Source of the DNA: Candidatus Babelota bacterium
Lineage (GTDB): Bacteria; JAGOBX01
DNA length: 27,270 nt
NCBI GenBank assembly: GCA_017999075.1
Contig: JAGOBX010000001.1
Coordinates: forward strand, 1-27,270
Direction: 5' to 3'
A program made the position numbers and the translations under genes. Under the pieces are notes generated by a model. That model searched no databases. It saw only the letters and a list, made by a program, of their open reading frames with translations, and was not told the DNA's origin. Below, in pieces: positions 9,001 to 16,900 of the stretch; the first letter of the stretch is position 1, and each line of letters starts with the position of its first letter.

Positions 9001-12000
9001 GTAAGCGCATTAACCGGCGTTATATTATCAGTTCCTGAATTCCATTGAAAAATTATTGTATCTCCTTGTTCAATCGAATCGCATTTCGGATAAACTTGAG
9101 CAGGCGCAGTTGGACGGGCATTTATATTTGTCAACTGATTTTTAAAAACCCCTGTCGGCAAACCACTTCCTGTAACAAATAAATCAATAAGCCCGTCATT
9201 GTTATAATCCGCAAAATCAACTGCGCCAATACTGCCGCCTTTATTTAAACCAAGCGGCTCAATTTTTTTAATAAAACTGTCAGCGCCAATATTTTCATAA
9301 ATTGAAAAAGCTGCCGGATAACCCTGAAGCGTAATGTCAATATCTCCGTCACTATCATAATCGCCAAATTTAATTGAACCGATATTAAACCCCTGATTTA
9401 TACCCATTGGTTCAACTGCATTGGCAAAAATTCCATTTGTATTTTTAAATATTATAAAACGGTTGTTTTCACCGTCAAACCCTGCTGCAGCCAAATCCAT
9501 ATCTCCGTCATTATCATAATCGCCGAAAACAAGTGCAGGCAAATCCAAACCTATATTTACGCCAGTTGGCTGCTGATCAATAATAAATGAATCGTCAGCA
9601 TTATTTTTAAATATTATAAATCTGTAATTTGATCCATCATAACCTGCTGCCGCAAAATCAATATATCCGTCTTTATTATAATCTGCAACTGCAATCCTTG
9701 AATATTCGGTTAATCCTTGATTTATTCCAAGCGGCTCGGAATATCTTATAAAATTGCCTTTATCATTCCATAAAATTATCAGGCGGTTGTGCAATCCGTC
9801 ATTACCGGATACAATAATATCCAAGTCTCCGTCATTATCAAAGTCGGCTGTTTCTATATAACCGCGCTGTAACCCTTTATTTTCTCCCATTGGCTCGTTT
9901 GTTTTGATAAATTCGCCATTAATATTTTTATATAATATCAAACGGAAATTAACGCCGTCATTTCCGTTCGCTATTAAATCAAGATTTCCATCATTATCAT
10001 AATCCAGCCATTTAACTTTGCCTCGCATCAAACCTTTGCCTGCGCCCATAGGCTCTGCCGCTAAAATAAAAGTATCGCCGGTATTTCTAAAAATTTTAAA
10101 ATGATTTTGCGCCGAAAGTCCTGTTATAGCTATGTCAATTAAACCATCATTATTATAATCGCCCAAATCCATTTCAGAACGGTATAAACCTGATAAACCC
10201 GGTAAATCTATTTCACTTAATAATGAATAAGGCTTCAGCCGCGAAGCTGCTGCGAAAATTGATGAAAAATCAGATTCAACAATAAATTTCTGGTTTTGCG
10301 AATATTTGTAACTTACTGCTTTAATCCTGTAATAATAAGTTTGATTTTCATTTACAGTATTATCAATATAAAAAGTATCGTCAACTGAATTTATTTCCGC
10401 AATGATTTGTGAAGTCCAGTCAGACGGCGTTATTGAATCACTACGGAATATTTTATAACCTACAAGATAAGTATCGCCGTTAAGTATCGGCTCGCCGTTT
10501 GCATTTAGCGTTGGTTTTGTCCAGTATAGTTTTATTGTATCAAAAATGGAAGTGTCAGCGTTTGTCCATACCGGCGCGATTGGCGGAGCAGTATCATTAT
10601 TTTGCGCGGGAGCAGGATTTATTAAAAGAAAAACAGATGAATCGTTTATTGTATTCACCGGAGTTTGCAAACAAGTATAAATTGTATCGGCATTTTTATA
10701 AATCGAGTATGAATTAAAAAACTCTATTTCAAAATTTCGGATAATACCTGTATTTTCTGTTATATCTTTGTCAAATACTTTTAAAAAAAAAGTATTGTTT
10801 TCAATATCATTTTTGAATTCAGTAATATCAATAACTATTCTATTATCCGGCATCGGAGCGCTGCCGCCGTAAATATAATCTGTAAGAACCTTGGTTTTTA
10901 CCGGATTTGACGGATCGCCAACGCCGATTGTAATATCGCATTCCTGACGCGCGCTGTGTGAAATTTTGAAACTTGCAAGCAGTTGCGGATTATAATTATT
11001 TTTATCTATGAAATACATAACATCAGGAACAAATTGACGAAATGAGTTATATGAAATCCAGTAACATCCGTCATTGTTAAAATCGCCGGGCCAGCCTTTT
11101 CCCCAGCTATTAGCAATTTTAAATGCGCCGTATCTAACTTCTCCTTCTTCCGTATAAGGGCCGAAATTATCGTCGTAACCAATAACTGTATTAGCATGAT
11201 TATATTCGATTGGCGCAAGATAATTATCAAGCGTCCATAAGTCACTATCCGAAAGTTGCTCATATTTAGATGCGTCAACACCGATTTGCGCAATTATATT
11301 TGCATTTAATAGTGTTTTTATATTGGTAAAATTTATATCTTCAGCTGTATTAACAATTAAATTATCCGTTTCATTTCTGTATAACGCGGCCTCGCGCCAG
11401 GCGATTTCAGGCGGCCATGCAGTCAGATCATAATCATTATACGGCATTGTTTTGAATGTAGCAGCGCCGATGCCATACAATGTCCGATTCACAAACCAAA
11501 ACATACCGCCGGCGTCAATATTTTTATTTAATAAATTATAACTAAATTCAGGACTGAAAATTTTGTCTGCGTATTCCGCTGTAAAACTGCCTTTATACTC
11601 GCCGTTTTCGCCTGCGCCTGCAATATTCCAATTGTGTTCTTTCGCTTCCTGAAAGGTCTTTGAATAATATACTGAAGCCCAAAATGTGCAAGAGCCTTCA
11701 CCGCCCTGGTTTCCAATCGGCGGAAACCATATTTCATTAGAATTATCATAAGCCGCTGGCAGCGGCGCCGCATACTGTGGCGCAAATTGGACAGAACTTA
11801 TTTGTGAAACATTATTTTCTATCAGATTCCATTCTTCTTCTGTAGGCGGTCTTAACCCTGTGCCGTAACCATTAATAATTTTATTATAATTTTTTGAGGA
11901 ATCATATACTCCATAAATATTTTTCATTTTTTCAAGTTGAAGCGGTGCAATTTTTTTAGCGCTGACTGCAAAATTTTTTTTATAGATAATTGCATCATCT

Positions 12001-12074
12001 GCGTTTAAAACAGAACTAAATAATAAAATGACCCACAAAAATATTAAATTAAAAATTTTGAATGAAACGCCCAT
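6048..12074 (-). CDS. 2008-aa secreted C1A (papain-family) cysteine peptidase with Fn3-like domains, 14 FG-GAP/VCBS repeats and a T9SS type A/FlgD-Ig-like C-terminal domain
   Basis: Signal peptide (..SSVLNA|DD). Catalytic set Q123/C129 (NQGGEGSCTFW), H293 (NHANTVIGYDD), N322 (IANSWG). 2x7 D(Y/F)xxDGxxD repeats. Fn3-like W...GYKI(F/Y)R...YYYRI and YYWSVQ segments. C-terminus VIVYPNPF...ASGVYLYLIK...GKLAVIK. AAGGAG RBS upstream. Confidence 0.85.
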   Translation of the reverse strand: MGVSFKIFNLIFLWVILLFSSVLNADDAIIYKKNFAVSAKKIAPLQLEKMKNIYGVYDSSKNYNKIINGYGTGLRPPTEEEWNLIENNVSQISSVQFAPQYAAPLPAAYDNSNEIWFPPIGNQGGEGSCTFWASVYYSKTFQEAKEHNWNIAGAGENGEYKGSFTAEYADKIFSPEFSYNLLNKNIDAGGMFWFVNRTLYGIGAATFKTMPYNDYDLTAWPPEIAWREAALYRNETDNLIVNTAEDINFTNIKTLLNANIIAQIGVDASKYEQLSDSDLWTLDNYLAPIEYNHANTVIGYDDNFGPYTEEGEVRYGAFKIANSWGKGWPGDFNNDGCYWISYNSFRQFVPDVMYFIDKNNYNPQLLASFKISHSARQECDITIGVGDPSNPVKTKVLTDYIYGGSAPMPDNRIVIDITEFKNDIENNTFFLKVFDKDITENTGIIRNFEIEFFNSYSIYKNADTIYTCLQTPVNTINDSSVFLLINPAPAQNNDTAPPIAPVWTNADTSIFDTIKLYWTKPTLNANGEPILNGDTYLVGYKIFRSDSITPSDWTSQIIAEINSVDDTFYIDNTVNENQTYYYRIKAVSYKYSQNQKFIVESDFSSIFAAASRLKPYSLLSEIDLPGLSGLYRSEMDLGDYNNDGLIDIAITGLSAQNHFKIFRNTGDTFILAAEPMGAGKGLMRGKVKWLDYDNDGNLDLIANGNDGVNFRLILYKNINGEFIKTNEPMGENKGLQRGYIETADFDNDGDLDIIVSGNDGLHNRLIILWNDKGNFIRYSEPLGINQGLTEYSRIAVADYNKDGYIDFAAAGYDGSNYRFIIFKNNADDSFIIDQQPTGVNIGLDLPALVFGDYDNDGDMDLAAAGFDGENNRFIIFKNTNGIFANAVEPMGINQGFNIGSIKFGDYDSDGDIDITLQGYPAAFSIYENIGADSFIKKIEPLGLNKGGSIGAVDFADYNNDGLIDLFVTGSGLPTGVFKNQLTNINARPTAPAQVYPKCDSIEQGDTIIFQWNSGTDNITPVNALTYNLRIGKISGGCEIMSADTNSNHINNSNLYGNVQNNTSYIIKTQQFDAGTYYWSVQTIDNGMMKSVWSIEDTFIIALPADADTIAPAPPVIVSADTSLPGQIYLIWTKPLLNSNGIALINTDTDLYGYKIYRADTLFPANWNNCLIAIISDKDDTDYIDLTVTGGNTYYYRITAFDSSVRKNNSFNNESEFSDIMTLRSLVFPTQYFNSSDLIDLSSNFLELTDRNFALGDYDNDGNLDAALIGNDGFYNRFIIYKNEGNQFINVAEPLGSRHGFGENGMLNWSDYDNDGDLDLIASGFDGEARFMVFKNENNQFVKAYSVLGADIGFIGGDIKTADYDNDGDLDLAVTGDKYANNSLMVFQNINEIYQQKFEPMSANYGTENGELEWFDYDNDSDLDLLVSGKDDYYKRLILFRNDKTGFTKVAEPMGINSGMHYSSIAFADIDNDGDLDFAVAGNDGVNRRLIIFENQNGTFVNKQEPLDVNSGVSNGQIKFADYDDDGFIDLAVTGNDGSNKRIILFKNYNGTFVKDCEPAGTNAGFDNSKIFWNDWDKDGDLDLMVFGNNSNAEQKFYVYLNQTDNKNIRPVAPAIVSPLGTNFISGDTIIFRWNPVATDTTPQNAMTYNLRIGRKSGGSEIMSSDSVSAHTMNATLLGSVQNHTQWYIIPNSEKRLSNGIYYWSVQAVDAGLMKSEWAAEKMFTIADTIYIINSAETQIMISGKLTDDSPVSVLTIANTEALNIQFNIGDTATNIITNLVMKINPEKINAALTIEKADKNKYNTGIDLIHNYNQFSNTIIDLVLTDAFGNIISADSSAFEILPRLSYTIDKAFYSAEDLRKLRVMTFDEITNRWISAGEPVVSVNDTDAVISVSLNHFSIYGLFFAPSLVFANNLSNVIVYPNPFVPNDNDLLNGTPVSGISFANLPADAQIEIYTIAGGKVFSQTVNTSPFKWNVKNNDGRDVASGVYLYLIKSSSGKKTGKLAVIK
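7270..8370 (-). repeat. FG-GAP/VCBS repeat block 2 (7 blades of about 53 aa) inside the giant protease gene
   Basis: GDYDNDGNLD, SDYDNDGDLD, ADYDNDGDLD, FDYDNDSDLD, ADIDNDGDLD, ADYDDDGFID, NDWDKDGDLD; first and last D-boxes at residues 1256 and 1574. Boundaries approximate. Confidence 0.8.
9130..10220 (-). repeat. FG-GAP/VCBS repeat block 1 (7 blades of about 53 aa, predicted beta-propeller) inside the giant protease gene
   Basis: GDYNNDGLID, LDYDNDGNLD, ADFDNDGDLD, ADYNKDGYID, GDYDNDGDMD, GDYDSDGDID, ADYNNDGLID; first and last D-boxes at residues 639 and 956. Boundaries approximate. Confidence 0.8.
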
Positions 12075-12337
12075 ACTCTTCTCCTTTTCCTAACTACCAA
12101 CTAAAATATCAGATAAGTTCAAAACTCAATATATTCAATTTTTTTTGAAAACAACACTATACTACACTTAAAGACTATTATATTATTTCAGGTTAAATAT
12201 GTATATTTTTTTCAAAAAGATATTATAATAAAGTTATAATGTTTTTTTAAAAAAACCAAGCCAATAATTATTAATAATTTTTTTTTAAATATAACAAATT
12301 AAAAAAGGCATAAAATTAAATATTTAAAGAGGGAAAC

Positions 12338-13588
12338 ATGAAACTTCAATTTATAAAACATAACATAAATATTGATAAAAATGTGGAGGAAGTTATAATA
12401 AGCGGAGATCCCGGATGCGACGGATACAATACTGAAAACATAGCAATATTTGAAGAAATACTGAAAATTCAGGCTGATATGCATATTATTGACGGAGATA
12501 TGCTTGTTACAGGAGGAGAAATGTATTTTAAACAATTTTCTGAAATTGTTAATACATCTTCATCTGCTCCAGTATATTGCCTTCCAGGAAATCATGATAT
12601 AAAAGATTATGAAAAATTTTTCGGATTGAAAAACTATTATATTAAATACAACAACGTCATGTTCATAATGCTTGATAATTCAAAAAGATTTTTTGATAAT
12701 CAAACCATTGATTTTTTAAAAGAATCATTAATTTTTTCAGAATCAAAAGAAATAATAATTTTGTTTCATATTCCTCCTGAAAATCCTTATGTTCCCAACA
12801 GCATATCAAATGAAGAATGGCAAAAATTAAAAGGTATCATTGATCCTTTTAAAAATCAGATTAAATTAATAATATGCGCGCACATACATACTGCTTTTGA
12901 ATACATACTTGACGGTTATAAAATAATTGTAACTGGAGGCGCAGGTTCAAAACTTGATCCTGTTAAAAATACTTTTTTTGAAAAAAATTTTTATAATGCT
13001 TTACGATTAACATTTAAAAATAGCGAATTTAAATACGAGGTAATAAAAATAGATATATGTTATGGCAAAACATTTTATGAAAATCAGGATGTTATAACAA
13101 AACTCAAAGATTCGTTTAAAGAAGAATGTTCTGCTTTCAGAAAATATTTATTATATTCTGAAATAGCTGAAAATGAAGGATTTCACGGCATATCGAAACT
13201 GTTCAAAGCAGCTGCTTCTTCAGAATTTTACCATTCAAAAAATATGTTTATAGCGGCAGGCCGATACAGCAACACTTTACAAAATCTTGCAGAATCAATA
13301 AAAACCGAAAAATCTGAAGCAGAAATAATTTATCCGTCAAACATAAATTTAACTGAAAAAGAAAAATCTTTAACAGCAGTAACTTCATATAAAAACGCTC
13401 TTGATGCAGAAAAAGTTCATTTTAAATTATTCAATGAAGCTGCCGAACAATTAAAAAAAGGAAATGATATTCCTCTTCAAAAATATTTTATATGTTCAAG
13501 ATGCGGATATATGACTTATGGAGATAAACAACCTGCGCGCTGTCCTGCGTGCGGAGCTGATATGTTTAAATTTATAGAAGAAAAATAA
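12338..13588 (+). CDS. Calcineurin-like metallophosphoesterase fused to a C-terminal rubrerythrin (diiron four-helix bundle plus rubredoxin-like site)
   Basis: N-terminal GDPG, GDML, GNHD, LFHIPP, AHIH, TGGAG. C-terminal E263..Y270, E296xxH299, E324xxE327..Y332, E358xxH361, C386xxC389, C402xxC405. One continuous ORF with a GAGGG RBS. Confidence 0.85.
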   Translation: MKLQFIKHNINIDKNVEEVIISGDPGCDGYNTENIAIFEEILKIQADMHIIDGDMLVTGGEMYFKQFSEIVNTSSSAPVYCLPGNHDIKDYEKFFGLKNYYIKYNNVMFIMLDNSKRFFDNQTIDFLKESLIFSESKEIIILFHIPPENPYVPNSISNEEWQKLKGIIDPFKNQIKLIICAHIHTAFEYILDGYKIIVTGGAGSKLDPVKNTFFEKNFYNALRLTFKNSEFKYEVIKIDICYGKTFYENQDVITKLKDSFKEECSAFRKYLLYSEIAENEGFHGISKLFKAAASSEFYHSKNMFIAAGRYSNTLQNLAESIKTEKSEAEIIYPSNINLTEKEKSLTAVTSYKNALDAEKVHFKLFNEAAEQLKKGNDIPLQKYFICSRCGYMTYGDKQPARCPACGADMFKFIEEK

Positions 13589-13607
13589 ATAAAAAAACCG
13601 ATTTTAG

Positions 13608-13635
13608 TTGAAAATATAAAATTATTCATTATAAT
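13608..13635 (+). promoter_or_regulatory. Putative sigma70-type promoter for ctpA-serS
   Basis: TTGAAA (13608-13613), 16-bp spacer, TATAAT (13630-13635). The AT-rich background lowers specificity. Confidence 0.4.
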
Positions 13636-13654
13636 ATTCGAATTCAATTTAAAA

Positions 13655-15079
13655 ATGTTTGAGGTGAGTGTGTTGAAAAAAATATGTGCCTTATTTATTT
13701 CTGTAATTTTAAGTTTTTACGTTTATTCATCAGCGGCATATTCCGCCAATTATCATCCTAATTTAAGCGAAGAAGAATATATTGAAATGCTGAATGAAAC
13801 TATTAATCATATAAAAAACAATTTTGTCGATACTGATAAAATATCATTAGAAAAAATATATTTCGGCGCTATTGAAGGCGCTCTTAAAAGTTTAGATGAT
13901 CCATACACAAGATTTTTGCCGCCGGAAAAATATGATGATCTTAAAATGAAAACCACCAGTAAATTCGGAGGGTTGGGTATAGTCATATCTAAACGCGATA
14001 AAGAACTCACTGTAGTATCTCCTATACTCGGAACTCCTGCTTTTAAACTCGGCATAAAACCCGGCGATGTAATTATTGAAATAGAAAATGAATCTACTGA
14101 AAATTTAACCTTACAGGAAGCTGTCGAACGTATGCGCGGCGAACCCGGAACCAAAGTTACAATTACCATTTCAAGGGCGGAATTCAAACAGCCTAAAAAA
14201 TTCACTATAATCCGGGATATTATAAAAATAGAAACAGTTCAAACCAAAATGCTTAACGAAGATGTCGGGTATATCAGACTGCTTGAATTTTCCGAGCCTT
14301 CGCATAAAGAAATTGTCAAGGCATTGGCAGAACTTAAATCTCAAGGAATGAAAAAACTTATATTTGATTTAAGAAACAATCCCGGCGGATTACTCGAAAG
14401 CGCGTATGATATTTCAAATTTATTTTTAGACAGAGGGCTCGTAGTTTATACACGCGGCCGCCATTCTCATCAAAATAAAAATTATTATGCAAAACCTGAT
14501 TATTATGATATAAAAAATATTCCTTTAATAGTTCTGGCAAATGGAGGTTCGGCTTCAGGTTCTGAAATTGTGGTAGGAGCCATAAAAGATAATAAAAGAG
14601 GATTGATTGTCGGAGAAAAAACTTTCGGAAAAGGATTAGTCCAATCAGTATTTCCGTTCAGAAATCTTCCAAACACAAATTCCGGAGTTGCTATAACTAC
14701 TGCAAAATATTATACTCCTTCAGGAGTATGCATACAGGATACAGGAATATTTCCCGATATTGAAATTAAACCTAAAAAAACAACCGACGAAGAAGCTGAA
14801 AGTCTTATTAAATTCATAGACAAAGATCACGCTTTAAAATTTGTAAAAAAATATCCTGTTTACAAAGAGGAAGATTTATTGAATTATATCAAAGAATTAA
14901 AAAAAGACGGAATAATAGTTTCCAAAGAAATTGCAGAATCATTGGTTAAAGAACAATATGCACGCGAAGAAGGCAAACATTATTTTGCTGATTTGAATAC
15001 TGATGAAGTTTTAAAAAGGGCATTGGATTTATTCACAACTTATGATATATTCATGAAATCAATAAACAATACTAAATAA
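13655..15079 (+). CDS. ctpA: S41A carboxy-terminal processing protease (PDZ plus catalytic domain)
   Basis: [36 protein letters not shown] (Ser nucleophile), [11 protein letters not shown] (Lys), TAKYYTPSG. The true start is probably TTG at 13673, after GAGGTG at 13661-13666, giving a signal/anchor MKKICALF... Confidence 0.9.
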   Translation: MFEVSVLKKICALFISVILSFYVYSSAAYSANYHPNLSEEEYIEMLNETINHIKNNFVDTDKISLEKIYFGAIEGALKSLDDPYTRFLPPEKYDDLKMKTTSKFGGLGIVISKRDKELTVVSPILGTPAFKLGIKPGDVIIEIENESTENLTLQEAVERMRGEPGTKVTITISRAEFKQPKKFTIIRDIIKIETVQTKMLNEDVGYIRLLEFSEPSHKEIVKALAELKSQGMKKLIFDLRNNPGGLLESAYDISNLFLDRGLVVYTRGRHSHQNKNYYAKPDYYDIKNIPLIVLANGGSASGSEIVVGAIKDNKRGLIVGEKTFGKGLVQSVFPFRNLPNTNSGVAITTAKYYTPSGVCIQDTGIFPDIEIKPKKTTDEEAESLIKFIDKDHALKFVKKYPVYKEEDLLNYIKELKKDGIIVSKEIAESLVKEQYAREEGKHYFADLNTDEVLKRALDLFTTYDIFMKSINNTK

Positions 15080-15119
15080 TTATTATACAAAATTTAATAA
15101 TCGGAGCGGAATATTTATT

Positions 15120-16394
15120 ATGCTTGATATAAGATTTATTATTTCAAATTATGATAAAGTCATAAACAATCTTAAGAATAGAAATTTCAAAGATACAGTT
15201 TTAATTGATAATCTCATTGAGTTATACAATGATTCCAAGGATTTGAAAAATAAAGTTGAAACGCTGAAAAACGAAAGGAACGTATTATCAAAGCAAATCG
15301 GAGTTATGAAATCAAAAGGCGAAGACGCTGCTGAAATCATGAATAAAGTTAAAGAACTTCCTGAACAGATAAAAATTATTGATGATAGAATCTCTGTTAT
15401 AGAGCAGGAAATAAATTCAAAAATATTAACAATTCCAAATATGCTTGATAACAGTGTGCCTGCAGGAAAAGACGAATCGGAAAATACAGTCATAAAAACA
15501 ATTAATCAAAAACCTATTTTTGATTTTGAACCTAAATCCCATTGGGATATAGGCGTTTCATTAGGAATATTAGATTTTGAACGGGCTGCTAAAATCACAG
15601 GATCCCGTTTTGTAATATTAAAAAATGAAGGGGCTCAATTAGAACGAGCTCTTATAAATTTTATGCTTGATGTGCAAACGAATGAAAATGGGTATTGTGA
15701 AATTTTACCTCCATTCATAGTAAATGATAAAAGTTTGTTAGGAACCGGACAGCTTCCAAAATTTGAAGAAGATTTATTCAAACTCCAGTCATTAAATTAT
15801 TATCTTGTTCCTACTGCAGAAGTTCCATTGACAAATATATACAGAGATGAAATTATCCCTGGTGACCAATTACCCATAAATATTACAGCTTATACACCAT
15901 GCTTCAGAGCAGAAGCAGGTTCGTGGGGAAAAGATACCAGAGGAATAATCCGGCAGCATCAGTTCAACAAAATAGAACTTGTAAAGTTTACTGCTCCGGA
16001 ATCATCCGAAACAGAACATAACAAATTACTTGAAAACGCAGAATCAATTCTAAAAAAACTCGGATTGCATTACAGAGTGGTTTTATTATGTTCAGGCGAT
16101 ACCGGATTTGCGTCTTCAAAAACATTTGATATTGAAGTATGGATGCCCGGACAAAATAAATATAGAGAAATTTCTTCATGCAGTAATTTTTCTGACTTTC
16201 AAAGCCGCCGCGCAAATATTAAATTTCGAAGAACATCAAAAGACAAACCAGAACTCGTTCATACGATAAACGGTTCCGGGCTTGCAGTAGGAAGAACTCT
16301 GGCTGCTATTCTTGAAAATTTTCAAAATAAAGACGGGTCAGTTTCAATACCCGAACAATTAATTCCATATATAAAAAAAACAACTATTAAATAA
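15120..16394 (+). CDS. serS: Serine--tRNA ligase
   Basis: MLDIRFI start, coiled-coil arm, [56 protein letters not shown]. Confidence 0.97.
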   Translation: MLDIRFIISNYDKVINNLKNRNFKDTVLIDNLIELYNDSKDLKNKVETLKNERNVLSKQIGVMKSKGEDAAEIMNKVKELPEQIKIIDDRISVIEQEINSKILTIPNMLDNSVPAGKDESENTVIKTINQKPIFDFEPKSHWDIGVSLGILDFERAAKITGSRFVILKNEGAQLERALINFMLDVQTNENGYCEILPPFIVNDKSLLGTGQLPKFEEDLFKLQSLNYYLVPTAEVPLTNIYRDEIIPGDQLPINITAYTPCFRAEAGSWGKDTRGIIRQHQFNKIELVKFTAPESSETEHNKLLENAESILKKLGLHYRVVLLCSGDTGFASSKTFDIEVWMPGQNKYREISSCSNFSDFQSRRANIKFRRTSKDKPELVHTINGSGLAVGRTLAAILENFQNKDGSVSIPEQLIPYIKKTTIK

Positions 16395-16419
16395 TATTAT
16401 AAAATAGAGGTATCTTAAA

Positions 16420-16800
16420 ATGGCGCTTAACACAATTGAAGATGTATGCAGAGTCGAAGAACTGATAAATTTAAAAAATGAATTTAAAAATGATGAAACA
16501 TTAAAAGGGCAAATCATTCTTGACGGCGTAAAATCAAGACTTACTGCCATGTTAGCACTTCAGACGACCGAATTGGGAAGAATCGAATCAAATGCTCCTG
16601 AATTTACCGAGATATATTTACGAGAACTTGATGCAAGCAATGATATAAAACAGAAATATCCTTTAAACAAAGACAAAAAAATTTATACTATTCCTTTACA
16701 GGAATTTTTGCGAGAACTTAAACTGTCTTTTAAAAACAAAGTTCAGAAAGAAATTGATTCCAAACAGGCGGAACTCGAAAAAATAATAAAAATGATTTAA
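16420..16800 (+). CDS. Hypothetical protein, 126 aa, predicted helical
   Basis: GAGGT RBS at 16407-16411; fills the gap between serS and rlmD; no family recognised. Confidence 0.7.
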   Translation: MALNTIEDVCRVEELINLKNEFKNDETLKGQIILDGVKSRLTAMLALQTTELGRIESNAPEFTEIYLRELDASNDIKQKYPLNKDKKIYTIPLQEFLRELKLSFKNKVQKEIDSKQAELEKIIKMI

Positions 16801-16825
16801 TTATAATAAAGCAAAAACTGTTATC

Positions 16826-16853
16826 AAACGGTTTCTGCAGTTTTCCGTTTTTT
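16826..16853 (+). terminator. Possible weak intrinsic terminator
   Basis: aaacgg (16826-16831) pairs with ccgttt (16845-16850) and is followed by a T run. The stem is short and an alternative aaaactg/cagtttt pairing overlaps it. Confidence 0.3.
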
Positions 16854-16900
16854 ATCACATATTTTAAAAAACAGCATAATAAAAATATTATATAATTTAT

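Noticed and set aside
7270-10220. Regularly spaced ~156-159-bp DNA repeats (tcattatcataatc-like) as a CRISPR array
   Set aside because: They are the in-frame D-Y-D-N-D-G codons of FG-GAP blades; degenerate, coding, and no cas genes nearby.
6048-12074. Apparent higher GC/CpG content of the giant gene as proof of horizontal transfer
   Set aside because: Not quantified, and could reflect the Gly/Ala/Pro-rich amino-acid composition; needs a GC3/codon-usage calculation.
12223-12240. TTATAAT-AAAG-TTATAAT upstream of the rubrerythrin fusion as a PerR/Fur box
   Set aside because: Spacing does not fit the 7-1-7 PerR inverted repeat (TTATAATnATTATAA). In this AT-rich region the motifs may be -10 elements or chance.
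15080-15119. T-box or attenuator upstream of serS
   Set aside because: The 40-bp gap after ctpA is too short and lacks T-box motifs.
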